This document shows positions 10,303-19,600 of a stretch of 64,000 nt of DNA, one piece after another. This DNA comes from an uncultured Chthonomonadaceae bacterium (GTDB taxonomy: Bacteria > Armatimonadota > Chthonomonadetes > Chthonomonadales > Chthonomonadaceae). The notes beneath the pieces were generated by a model. The model ran no database searches. It was not told the DNA's origin and was given only the letters and a program-made list of their open reading frames with translations. Position 1 is the first letter of the stretch. Every line of letters begins with the position of its first letter. Position numbers and translations under genes: made by a program. Location of the stretch: assembly GCA_963835065.1 (NCBI GenBank), contig CAWIEK010000044.1, positions 320,001 to 384,000 of the forward strand, written 5' to 3'.

Positions 10303-13300
10303 TTACGCAAGGCTGGCTTCAACGGTTTGGATTTCGTCTGGCGTGAGGCCATAAAGCGCGTATACAATGTTGTTTATCAAGGCATCCGTGTCGCGCAGGC
10401 GCGTGTCAAGAGCGGCAATGGCAGGCTGGCGCGAACGGAACACTTGAACCATTTCGGCAAGGTTTGTAATCTTATGGAGACGTTGCTTCAGCAGCCATTT
10501 CCATTGCGTTTCGTTCAGCATACCAATGTCGGTTCGCAGATTGAGACGTTTCCCTGCTAACGCGCCAAGTTCGCGCCGACCTTCGTGCATCATCTGCAAA
10601 TCTTCTGCTTGCAACAAGTCAGGATTGGCTGGGTTGCTTACGGCTGCATCGGGCGTCCATAGCCGCCCAATTTTTTGCATTTGCGCCGGGGTGAGAATAC
10701 CTTCAAGGTCGATTATAAAAAGTTCTAAAGCGTTTTGCCGTTGCCGATTCAGATCGAGCATTTGCTGCGCAAGGTAAGCAAGTATGTCATGGACGACATC
10801 GCTTTGCGTGGGTTCCGCCGAAAGACAGGCTTTCAACAATGTGACCATGCCCTCATAATTTTTGTTGTAGTAAAGCGAAGCCCCTGAGTTTACTAGATTA
10901 GATCGAATATCCTGATTGGTTGTAAATAACACTACCGGAAAAGGGAACGCCTTCAGTTCATAGTTGTTGACGTTATTGTTGGTACTCGTCAGTCGGAACC
11001 GCCATTCAAGGAAGTTACTGTTGAGTAGAGTCAGCACAAAAAGAGGATCAATGCCTTTCTGAATAACTGTAATGTAGTTGACGGAATTGGCAAGGTAGTA
11101 ACCAGCCGGTATAAGAGTTGCTTTCAGTCGCCGCGAGTCGTCTGTGCCGGTCACACCCTGTAAAGAAACGCGGTCACGCTGAACGGCTTTTAGTTTAGTG
11201 GACGCAGCGCCATATTTTGTGATTGTTGCGGTTGAGTTTATCCATTCACGTTGTCCCTGCTTCGGCTGGACACGCTGAAGATAACGCTGAATGTGCGCGC
11301 CTTTAATCAGCTCGTAAGAGGCCGGTGTAGATTGAACACAATCTCTGTCCAACGTCATATCTATCTCGCCAACTAATACGGAAACTACTTTTCCAGCAGG
11401 TATAATGGTATGAAGATTGTAAATGCGTTGGAGAATGGCAGTCTCTTCCGGTTTACCTACAGGCACTGTGAGAAAATCAGGATCAAACTTACGGATGTCA
11501 GACACGGCAATGTTAAGCAGTGGTGACGTATCTACTATCTCCTTTCCAGGATGAACTTTACATCTGAGCATCGAAGATACAGAATTTGTTCGCGCAAGGA
11601 AGATCATTGTGGAAAGTTTAGCATCTCGAAACACACGATTGTTCTCGTCGTCCTTCTGAGGAAATGCTTGTATGTCCGTCAAGCAAGTTTGCTCAATCAG
11701 CATACGGCGAACACCTGACGCTGAACGATCCGAAAGAATGGATAAAGGCACAATCTCCCCTATATAACCACCGTTTGCAACGATATTCAGAGCCTGAACA
11801 ATCATCAGTTGATAAATGTTTAGGGTTAGCGATAAGGCGGATTGATACTTTTTTTCATCACGAATATAGTCAATAAATTGGTTGCGCTCTGTCTGTTCCT
11901 TAACACGCTTCAAAACATCATAAGGCGGATTGCCGATGATTGCGTTGAAACCTGCGGACTTGTCGAGCGGCCTGCCGTGCCGATCAAAGAAAACTTCTGG
12001 GAACTCCAACTCCCAATGCAAAAAGTGGCGGTCGTTGGCTAAATCATTGGCGGTTTTCAGCATACTGCTGATTTCAGGCAAAGCGGCGATGTTGCGCCCA
12101 CGCGCATAATCAGCCAGCGGCTTCCAGAGTTGTGACGGGACTTTGCCGCCGAAGTGAACTGCTGTTACGACATTGGCAAGATTGCCGTACTTGCTGGTGA
12201 GCGTGTTACGCAATTCGTCGTATAGTTTTTCCTGCTCCTTAACCTGCGTGATGTTCTGCGCCTCATTCGCCTCAATCAACCACATGTTTCTGACAGCAAG
12301 GCTCATGCTTTGGCGAAACGCATCCTCCTGCATCAGCGAAAGTTGCCCCTCACGTTCACTCTTTTCCGTTTTGCTTTTGCCCCTCTTCAGGGGCTGTTGT
12401 TCATTCGCAAACTGCAAATCGTCCAGCCGCGCTCCGACGAGAGTGTTGCCGGGGCGCAGATGATGGTCAAGAAATGAGAGCGGCAAACTTTGTGCAACCG
12501 TCGTCAGCCAGAGCGAGAGTTTGGCAAGTTCTACGGCGAGCGGATTAAGGTCAACGCCATAAATGCAGGATTGGGCTACGCGGCGCTTCCAATAAGTAAG
12601 ATCATGGAACGCGCCGGTTTCACTCTCCTGTGGCGTAAGATTGACAAGATAGCGGGCAATGTACTCAACGGCTTCAACAAGAAAGTGGCCGCTGCCCATG
12701 GATGGGTCCAGCACTTTGATGTTCAATACCGCTTCAATGCAGTCGGCTTCGCTGCGCTTATCGGCAACGGCGTTGTCCAGCAAGGGCCCGACCGCCTGCT
12801 CGACAATGTACTTGACAATGTAATCCGGCGTGTAGTACGAGCCAGTTTCTTTGCGTTCGCCTTTGTCGTTGAGCAGGCTGATTTTCCAGCCGGGTTTGGG
12901 GGCATCCACAGAAAGATGATGCTCTAATAGACCCTCGTAAATTGTGCCAAGATGCCGAACAGCTAGATCGCGGTAGTCTATGAATTGCTTGCCGACGCGC
13001 GCAAGTTTGTCCAGAGCGCTTATCAGGTGTAAGTCGCCAACACTGAATTTTTCCAGAAATGGATGCTTTTCGGGATCGAACAAACCGCCGTTAAATGTCG
13101 AAATTTGCAGCGGCGGTTCGCCCCGGTCAATGTAGCCGAAAAGCAATTTCAGGCGGGGCCAGAAGATGTTGCTGCTTGCCAGCAGCGTTTGACCGGCATC
13201 AATACGTTTTGCGCCCTCTATTTTGACGGCATAAAGGCCATAGGTCTCGCGGTAGCCGCTGTTCACGGTGACGGGCAATAGCCCACGGCCTTCGGCGTAA

Positions 13301-14184
13301 AGGATAAATAGCAAGCGATACAGCAGTATCAGCGAGTTGTCGTAGATCTTTTCCAGAGAATCCGCATCGGTTGCGAGTTTGTTGCCTTCAAAATCAAGAA
13401 AGCCTTGCGCAATGTGAAGCAAAGCGTCGAACACTTGCGTCTTTAAGGTTTTGCTAACACCAAGCGCATATTCTGCGCTTTGCGCCAGAATTTTGGAAAT
13501 GTTGAGAGGATTCGCAGGTTCCAGAGCGGCGCGGCTGAAGAAGGCGTAAAAGTAGTGAAACGCTTCTGCATTGCCCGTTGTCAGCAAATCCTCCAAATCA
13601 ACCTCGTAGTAGCAATCCAATTTGTGCGCCGTATCTTTATGCACAAGCCGCCAGATTCGCCCATTCGTCAAAATACCCCAGTCAACGCCACTTTGCTGCA
13701 CATAGAAGTAGATTTGGTAGGCAGGGTTTTTATTAGAAAGCGTGTCCGCTTTGTTTTCTAAAATTGCTTTATCCAGCGGCCTGTCCCAATACTTGGCGTC
13801 ACCAACGGCAATGCCTCCCTGTTGCGGCAGGCGGTCGTCAAGCGTTTTGCCTTTCGCCGCGTCTGCATGGGAAGCATTGTCATAAAAGACGTAATCCGGC
13901 TTTTTTACGCCGTCCGCAGTTTTCAGCGCTGCCTGTACGTTGTAAACATGCCCAAGCGCTTTGAGTACTGGGTGTACCCAATCCTGTTCTGTCTGCGCTT
14001 CATTTTTAGAATGGGTATAGCCCGCAAAGAGCGATTTTAACTGCTCCAGAACCAATCCCGCTTGCGAGGTGAGCGCTTGCCAGTGTGGATTCAAGGGTAA
14101 AACACGATCCAAGTAGTAGTCGGAGAAAAGTCTGCGATTTGTATAAGGTTTATCAATAGGTAGAGTGGGCTGTGAGTTTAACAT
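10303..14184 (-). CDS. type IIG restriction-modification enzyme (fused REase, N6-adenine MTase and TRD; Eco57I/TaqI-C-like)
   Basis: N-terminal PD..DAK nuclease-like motif (KPDYVF..GDAKYW), GSYYTPDYIV, motif I VLDPSMGSGHFL, motif IV NPPY, C-terminal TRD and DALINNIVYALYGLT tail; lower GC than the flanks. Start uncertain (ORF extends to 14298). Confidence 0.9.
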   Translation of the reverse strand: MLNSQPTLPIDKPYTNRRLFSDYYLDRVLPLNPHWQALTSQAGLVLEQLKSLFAGYTHSKNEAQTEQDWVHPVLKALGHVYNVQAALKTADGVKKPDYVFYDNASHADAAKGKTLDDRLPQQGGIAVGDAKYWDRPLDKAILENKADTLSNKNPAYQIYFYVQQSGVDWGILTNGRIWRLVHKDTAHKLDCYYEVDLEDLLTTGNAEAFHYFYAFFSRAALEPANPLNISKILAQSAEYALGVSKTLKTQVFDALLHIAQGFLDFEGNKLATDADSLEKIYDNSLILLYRLLFILYAEGRGLLPVTVNSGYRETYGLYAVKIEGAKRIDAGQTLLASSNIFWPRLKLLFGYIDRGEPPLQISTFNGGLFDPEKHPFLEKFSVGDLHLISALDKLARVGKQFIDYRDLAVRHLGTIYEGLLEHHLSVDAPKPGWKISLLNDKGERKETGSYYTPDYIVKYIVEQAVGPLLDNAVADKRSEADCIEAVLNIKVLDPSMGSGHFLVEAVEYIARYLVNLTPQESETGAFHDLTYWKRRVAQSCIYGVDLNPLAVELAKLSLWLTTVAQSLPLSFLDHHLRPGNTLVGARLDDLQFANEQQPLKRGKSKTEKSEREGQLSLMQEDAFRQSMSLAVRNMWLIEANEAQNITQVKEQEKLYDELRNTLTSKYGNLANVVTAVHFGGKVPSQLWKPLADYARGRNIAALPEISSMLKTANDLANDRHFLHWELEFPEVFFDRHGRPLDKSAGFNAIIGNPPYDVLKRVKEQTERNQFIDYIRDEKKYQSALSLTLNIYQLMIVQALNIVANGGYIGEIVPLSILSDRSASGVRRMLIEQTCLTDIQAFPQKDDENNRVFRDAKLSTMIFLARTNSVSSMLRCKVHPGKEIVDTSPLLNIAVSDIRKFDPDFLTVPVGKPEETAILQRIYNLHTIIPAGKVVSVLVGEIDMTLDRDCVQSTPASYELIKGAHIQRYLQRVQPKQGQREWINSTATITKYGAASTKLKAVQRDRVSLQGVTGTDDSRRLKATLIPAGYYLANSVNYITVIQKGIDPLFVLTLLNSNFLEWRFRLTSTNNNVNNYELKAFPFPVVLFTTNQDIRSNLVNSGASLYYNKNYEGMVTLLKACLSAEPTQSDVVHDILAYLAQQMLDLNRQRQNALELFIIDLEGILTPAQMQKIGRLWTPDAAVSNPANPDLLQAEDLQMMHEGRRELGALAGKRLNLRTDIGMLNETQWKWLLKQRLHKITNLAEMVQVFRSRQPAIAALDTRLRDTDALINNIVYALYGLTPDEIQTVEASLA

Positions 14185-14363
14185 TGTGAATACAGGTACC
14201 TCGAAACAGATCAACAAGCAGTAAAAGGTGAACCTAAGTTCAACGTGGCAAATGTAAATTCCTGCAACGCCGTCAACAAAGCACATTGTTGGCTTCAATG
14301 AGCGCTACAAGCCCGAAGGCCGGATTACCTGAATCGCTTAGGGTTCATAAATAAGCCCAACGA

Positions 14364-14600
14364 CGCGAAAAAGTGAACCTTTTTCCCCACAGAGCCGTCT
14401 AAACAGTAGAACAACGTCTACTATAAGATGTTATACCCACGTCAACAGAAGGGAGGTGCAAGTCCTATGTTCCCCTTCTCCCGTTCGCCCTGACGCTGCT
14501 GAGGTCACGACGCCTCTCTCCTACAACCAGACACAACGAGACATCGGGCTGGAAGCGCTGTATTGCCAAGATTTCGACGATGACTCTACATACTTTTTTC
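14364..14600 (+). ncRNA. copy 1 of a dispersed ECF-promoter cassette (candidate sRNA or micropeptide gene)
   Basis: TGAACC (14374)-N16-CGTCTAA (14396); SD GGGAGG 14451; ATG 14467; conserved core 14486-14593. The repeat is directly visible; the function is inferred. Confidence 0.55.
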
Positions 14601-15027
14601 TACCTGACCCGTTTCTCAATGTTTGCAGGACTTCCCGTTGGCAAAGGCTAGGCTTCTCGCTGGTTCGGGAACTTAAAGATGCACGGACCCTAAGCCTGTG
14701 GCAGGTTCTTCCTCAACATCGCAGAGCCTGACAAAAAGGCAAGTTGCGAACGCGCGCAAGGATGGCAAACAGCAAAATGAAACCGTTGTGCCTTCAAATA
14801 CCGGCTTCACGAACCCGAAAGTAGGAAGTTGATAGTTACTGATAGGATTAGATGCGTTAGCCCTGCAATTTCGCTCTGCCGTCACTCAAGTGCGCCTGAA
14901 AAGCGGGTAAGATTACACAACATTTTGCGTCATGGGATACTCCCGGCGCATGACACTACAACATGTCTGAATTCCCAAACACCCAATACCGAATACCCAA
15001 CACCGAATACCGAATCAGGAGCAAACG

Positions 15028-15864
15028 ATGAGTTTAGCAGGCGCAGAAGTCGCTCAGGATCACGCAAAATTGTTACAGGACATTGCCGATACGGAAACAC
15101 CGCCCGGACAGGGCGCGTTCTGGTGGCTTGGGCAGCATACGTTTGTGGTGAAAGCCGGGGGCAAGGTGTTTTACTTCGATCCCTGGTTCGCGCCCTGGGA
15201 GTCGCGGCAAACTCCGTCCCTGCTCACGCCGCAGGAAGCGTGTCACGCCGACTTCGCCCTGGTCACGCATGGGCACGGCGACCACCTGTGCCCCGACACG
15301 CTGCCCCACATGGCGCTTGCCTCGCCCAACGCGCAGTTCTTTTGCCCCCGCGCCGAAGCCGCGCGCATGAAAGCCGAAGGGCAAATCCCCGACGAGCGCC
15401 TGCATCCTCTCAACGCGGGCAACTGGTGGGAACAGCATGGCGTGAAAATCACGGCCATCAAAGCCAAGCACGAGGAGTTCGACGAACACCCGGAATTAGG
15501 GTTCCCGTACCTGGGCTATGTCGTGGAAACAGGCGGCGTGACGTTTTACCATGCGGGGGATACGATTTTGTACGACGGCCTGCGCGACACGCTGCGCCAA
15601 TGGCCGCATATTGACGTGATGTTTTTGCCCATCAACGGACGCGACGCCGAGCGGTTTTTGCGCGGCTGCATTGGTAACATGACGTATCAGGAAGCCGTCG
15701 AAGTGGCGGGTGACTTGAAGGCGGGATTGGCTGTGCCCGCGCACTATGATATGTTCGTCGGCAATCAGGAAGACCCGCAAAAGTTCGTCCGCTATCTGCA
15801 AGCCAAGTATCCCGGCATGCGTTCATGGGTAGGCAAAGCTGGCGAAAAAGTCATGTTCCCATGA
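15028..15864 (+). CDS. MBL-fold metallo-hydrolase (UlaG-like)
   Basis: THGHGDH, YHAGDT, PINGRD and PAHYDMF motifs. Confidence 0.9.
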   Translation: MSLAGAEVAQDHAKLLQDIADTETPPGQGAFWWLGQHTFVVKAGGKVFYFDPWFAPWESRQTPSLLTPQEACHADFALVTHGHGDHLCPDTLPHMALASPNAQFFCPRAEAARMKAEGQIPDERLHPLNAGNWWEQHGVKITAIKAKHEEFDEHPELGFPYLGYVVETGGVTFYHAGDTILYDGLRDTLRQWPHIDVMFLPINGRDAERFLRGCIGNMTYQEAVEVAGDLKAGLAVPAHYDMFVGNQEDPQKFVRYLQAKYPGMRSWVGKAGEKVMFP

Positions 15865-15906
15865 ATTCGATCTTTGAGGAATAGAGTGGTGGAAGGAGAA
15901 TGAACA

Positions 15907-16521
15907 ATGACGGCACTGGCACACAGTTACATAACGCCGGAACAGTACCTGCAACAGGAAGATTTGGCCGAGTTTCGCAGTGAATACTGGAACGGCAAGA
16001 TCGTGGCAGTGCCGGGTGGTTCGCCCAACCACAACCAAATTGGCCGTAATCTTGCGCTTCGCCTGGGCATCCAATTGGATCGCAGCCCATGCAAACTGTT
16101 CCTAACCGAAACGCGCGTTCGTGTTCCCGAATGTAATACCTACTTCTACCCGGACGCGATGATTGTATGCGGTGTGCCGCAATACGAAGTGGGTGAAGCG
16201 GAAATAGTGCGAAACCCAACCGTGATTTTCGAGGTGCTGTCGCCAGGCACGGAGGCTATAGATCGTGGACGCAAATTCGCCTGCTACCGCTCCCTCCCCT
16301 CGCTTCAACTGTACGTGTTGATACAGCAGGACGCGCCTGCGATTGAACTCTATGCGCGTCAGCCGGACGACACCTGGCTTCTCACCCCGATGACCGGCCT
16401 GGAAGCCACCTTGTTTCTGAACACCGTTGGCGTTGCGCTGCCGTTTACGGAAATCTATCAGGACGTTGTGTTCCCGTCGCCGCTGACTATATCTCCCGTG
16501 GAGCAGACGCCGAACGATTGA
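15907..16521 (+). CDS. Uma2-family putative endonuclease
   Basis: SEYWNGKIVA, YFYPDAMIVC, FEVLSPGTEAIDRGRKFACY. Confidence 0.9.
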   Translation: MTALAHSYITPEQYLQQEDLAEFRSEYWNGKIVAVPGGSPNHNQIGRNLALRLGIQLDRSPCKLFLTETRVRVPECNTYFYPDAMIVCGVPQYEVGEAEIVRNPTVIFEVLSPGTEAIDRGRKFACYRSLPSLQLYVLIQQDAPAIELYARQPDDTWLLTPMTGLEATLFLNTVGVALPFTEIYQDVVFPSPLTISPVEQTPND

Positions 16522-16719
16522 CAACGCGCCTCCTACTCCCCTGTGGCGCAAAGGGTTTGTGGCTCTCGCGTTGCTCGGCTTGCTTGTATTCATGTGACAG
16601 TTCAGGGTTGTGAGAATCTTTTTGGCGTATGCTTGGTAGTAGCCGTATGACTGCTTTGCCTGAATCTTTACTCTGACAAACGTCGAACATCTTCTGGACT
16701 GCTCAACAGGAACAACGCA

Positions 16720-17781
16720 GTGACAATCCCCTTGCAAACTCTTCAAGCCTTACAACAGGGACTTGTGATTCCGGCCAGCCCGCTTGCGCTCAATGCGGCG
16801 CGACAATGGGATGAGCGGCGGCAGCGCGCGTTGTGGCGCTATTACATTGCGGCGGGCGCGGGCGGCATCGCGTTTGCGGTCCATACCACCCAGTTTGCCA
16901 TTCGTGACCCGCGTATCGGATTGTTTGAACCCCTGCTTGCTCTGGCGCAGGAAGAAATGACGCGGTCAGATGCAGGCCGCAATGCGCCTCTGCTTCGGAT
17001 TGCGGGCATTTGCGGCGACACGCGGCGGGCGGTTGCGGAAGCGGAGCTATTGCGCGAACGGGGCTTTCATGCCGGCCTGCTCAGTCTTGCCGCGCTTGCC
17101 GACACGCCGGAAGACGCTTTGATCGCTCATTGCCGCCGCATTGCCGACATTGTGCCGATTATTGGCTTCTACCTTCAGCCTTCCGTTGGCGGCAGACCGC
17201 TGCCGTATTCTTTCTGGCGGCGGTTTGCCGAAATCGAAAACGTGGTCGCCATCAAAATCGCGCCGTTCAACCGCTATCAAACGCTGGACGTGGTTCGCGC
17301 CGCTGCCGAGTCGGGACGAAGTGATATTGCGCTGTACACGGGCAACGACGACAACATTGTCTTGGATTTGCTCACGCCGTACCGCTTTTACGTCAACAAC
17401 GCTCTCGTGGAACGCCGGATTGTGGGCGGGCTGCTTGGGCATTGGGCCGTGTGGACGCATAGCGCGGTGGAACTGCTTCAAGAGTGTCAACACGCGATTG
17501 CGCGAGAGGGAAGCGTATCCGCAGACTTGCTGCGCCGAAGCGTGGAAATCACCGACTGCAACGCCGCCTTTTTCGATGCCGCCAATGGCTTTCGCGGCTG
17601 CATTGCCGGCCTGCATGAAGTGCTGCGCCGTCAGGGATTGCTGGAAGGAACATGGTGCCTCGATGCGGCAGAAACGCTCAGTCCCGGTCAGCAGGCCGAA
17701 ATTGACCGCGTGTATCGCGCCTACCCGCATTTGAATGACGATGCGTTTGTCAGCCGGCATCAAGACGAATGGCTGCGTTAG
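16720..17781 (+). CDS. dihydrodipicolinate synthase-family (class I aldolase) protein
   Basis: AVHTTQF, FYLQPSVGG, AIKIAPFNRYQT, YTGNDD. Confidence 0.85.
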   Translation: MTIPLQTLQALQQGLVIPASPLALNAARQWDERRQRALWRYYIAAGAGGIAFAVHTTQFAIRDPRIGLFEPLLALAQEEMTRSDAGRNAPLLRIAGICGDTRRAVAEAELLRERGFHAGLLSLAALADTPEDALIAHCRRIADIVPIIGFYLQPSVGGRPLPYSFWRRFAEIENVVAIKIAPFNRYQTLDVVRAAAESGRSDIALYTGNDDNIVLDLLTPYRFYVNNALVERRIVGGLLGHWAVWTHSAVELLQECQHAIAREGSVSADLLRRSVEITDCNAAFFDAANGFRGCIAGLHEVLRRQGLLEGTWCLDAAETLSPGQQAEIDRVYRAYPHLNDDAFVSRHQDEWLR

Positions 17782-18122
17782 GAGAAAAGAGAAAAGGATA
17801 GCCGCGAATAAACGCGAATGAACGCGAATGTTGATCCAGGAGGATGACCTTTGTACGAATGTGAACAGGATGCGGGGCGTGGCATAGCCAAAAGGTATAA
17901 TCTTGTGTTTGCCGGTTGCTTCTATCCTGCCGCTTTTGGTATACTCACGGGCAGTGCGCGGCAGGCTGTTTCCTGCGTTCTATAAAGCCGCCTGCCTGCG
18001 CCGTAATGCAACAAACAATATCTGAGCGGAAGGGCGCTGAAAGTTCGTAGTTTCTGCATCTCTATCAACTACCAATTCTCAACTCTCAACCGCTTGGAAT
18101 CGGAAGGAATGATCGAAACATC

Positions 18123-19205
18123 ATGGCCGAAAAATTAAAAATCGGTATTGTCGGGTGCGGCGGGATCGCCAACGGCAAGCATTTCCCCAGCCTGTCCAAA
18201 CTGCCGAACGTGGAACTGACCGCGTTTTGCGACATTGTGCCGGAGCGGGCCGAAAAAGCCGTCACGCAGTACGGCGCGAAAGGCTCCAAGTCGTACACGG
18301 ATTATCGCAAACTGCTGGAAGACAAGACTCTGGACGTGGTGCATGTCCTGACACCCAACGACGCCCATGCGGAAGTGGCGATTGCCGCGATGGAAGCGGG
18401 CAAGCACTGTATGTCGGAAAAGCCGATGGCGAAAACGGCGGAAGCCGCCCGGCGCATGGTGGAAGCCGCCAAGCGCACGGGCAAGAAACTCACGGTCGGC
18501 TATAACAACCGCTTCCGTCCCGACAGCCAGTATCTGCATCAGATTTGCGAACAGGGCGGATTGGGCGAGATTTATTACGCCAAAGCCCACGCCATTCGCC
18601 GCCGCGCCGTGCCGACATGGGGCGTGTTTCTGGATGAGGAAAAGCAGGGCGGCGGGCCGCTGATTGACATCGGAACCCACGCGCTGGACCTGACGCTGTG
18701 GATGATGAACAACTACGAGCCGAAAACAGTGGTTGGTACGACCTACCACAAACTCGCGCACCGCGAAAACGCCGCCAACGCTTTCGGTCCGTGGGACCCG
18801 AAGAAGTTTACGGTTGAGGACTTCGCGTTCGGTTTCATCACGATGAAGAACGGCGCGACGGTGGTATTGGAGTCCTCGTGGGCGCTGAACACGCTGCAGG
18901 TAGATGAGGCGAAGTGTACCCTGTGCGGCACGGAAGCCGGCGCGGATATGATCGGCGGCCTGCGCTTGAACGGCGAGAATTTAGGCCGCATGTACCAGCA
19001 GCAGATAGATGTGAAATCGGGCGGCGTGGCCTTTTTCGAGGGTAAAACCGAAAGCGACGCCGATCTGGAAGCCCGCCTGTGGATCGAGTCCATCCTCAAC
19101 GACACGCAGCCTGTCGTCACGCCGGAACAAGCCTGCGTGGTTTCGGAGATTCTGGAAGCCATCTACACATCCGCGCGCACCGGCGAGGCCGTCACGTTTC
19201 CGTGA
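18123..19205 (+). CDS. Gfo/Idh/MocA oxidoreductase
   Basis: GCGGIA, EKPMA, GGGPLIDIGTHALD. Confidence 0.92.
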   Translation: MAEKLKIGIVGCGGIANGKHFPSLSKLPNVELTAFCDIVPERAEKAVTQYGAKGSKSYTDYRKLLEDKTLDVVHVLTPNDAHAEVAIAAMEAGKHCMSEKPMAKTAEAARRMVEAAKRTGKKLTVGYNNRFRPDSQYLHQICEQGGLGEIYYAKAHAIRRRAVPTWGVFLDEEKQGGGPLIDIGTHALDLTLWMMNNYEPKTVVGTTYHKLAHRENAANAFGPWDPKKFTVEDFAFGFITMKNGATVVLESSWALNTLQVDEAKCTLCGTEAGADMIGGLRLNGENLGRMYQQQIDVKSGGVAFFEGKTESDADLEARLWIESILNDTQPVVTPEQACVVSEILEAIYTSARTGEAVTFP

Positions 19206-19309
19206 TTTAGCCGCGAATGAACGCGAATAAACGCGAATGGCTGCTATAGAAAAATTCACAATCAGACACACAGTCAAGCGTTTCAACGCTTGACTGTGTG
19301 TCGAGTATC

Positions 19310-19600
19310 TTATCCTGTGTTTGTGGAAAGCGAAAACGGCAGCGCGTCAAGCGGATAATCGGCATCAAACACGGGCTGATCTGTCATCTCAAATTGCAGC
19401 GAACCGCCCTGCGCCACATCCGCGTGAGTAACCCACAGATGATTATGTGGCGAACCATTGAGGCTTATTTGCTTCGCATAGCAGTTTGTGTCGGAAACGT
19501 TGTTAGCCTCAATGGTAAAGGTTTTGCCATTGCCAAGCCGAAGGTGAGCGCGCGGGAACAGGGGCGCTCCCAATGTCCATGAGGCGTGGCCGGGGGTAAC
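19310..19600 (-). pseudogene. C-terminal fragment of a GH92 alpha-mannosidase-like protein, truncated at the IS end
   Basis: IGAPLFPRAHLRLGNGKTFTIEANNVSDTNCYAKQISLNG..HADVAQGGSLQFEM resembles the GH92 C-terminus; no N-terminus present. Confidence 0.65.

Noticed and set aside
14486..14593. Cassette core as a known riboswitch or ribozyme (fluoride-like GATGACTCTAC end, ZTP-like GTCACGAC, hammerhead-like CTGA, T-box-like variable triplet)
   Set aside because: The partner motifs are missing: no GGCGATG 5' element, no GACTGGCG or CGCCTGGG, CTGACGC rather than CTGANGA..GAAA, and no TGGNACC T-box. Downstream genes are unrelated to those ligands.
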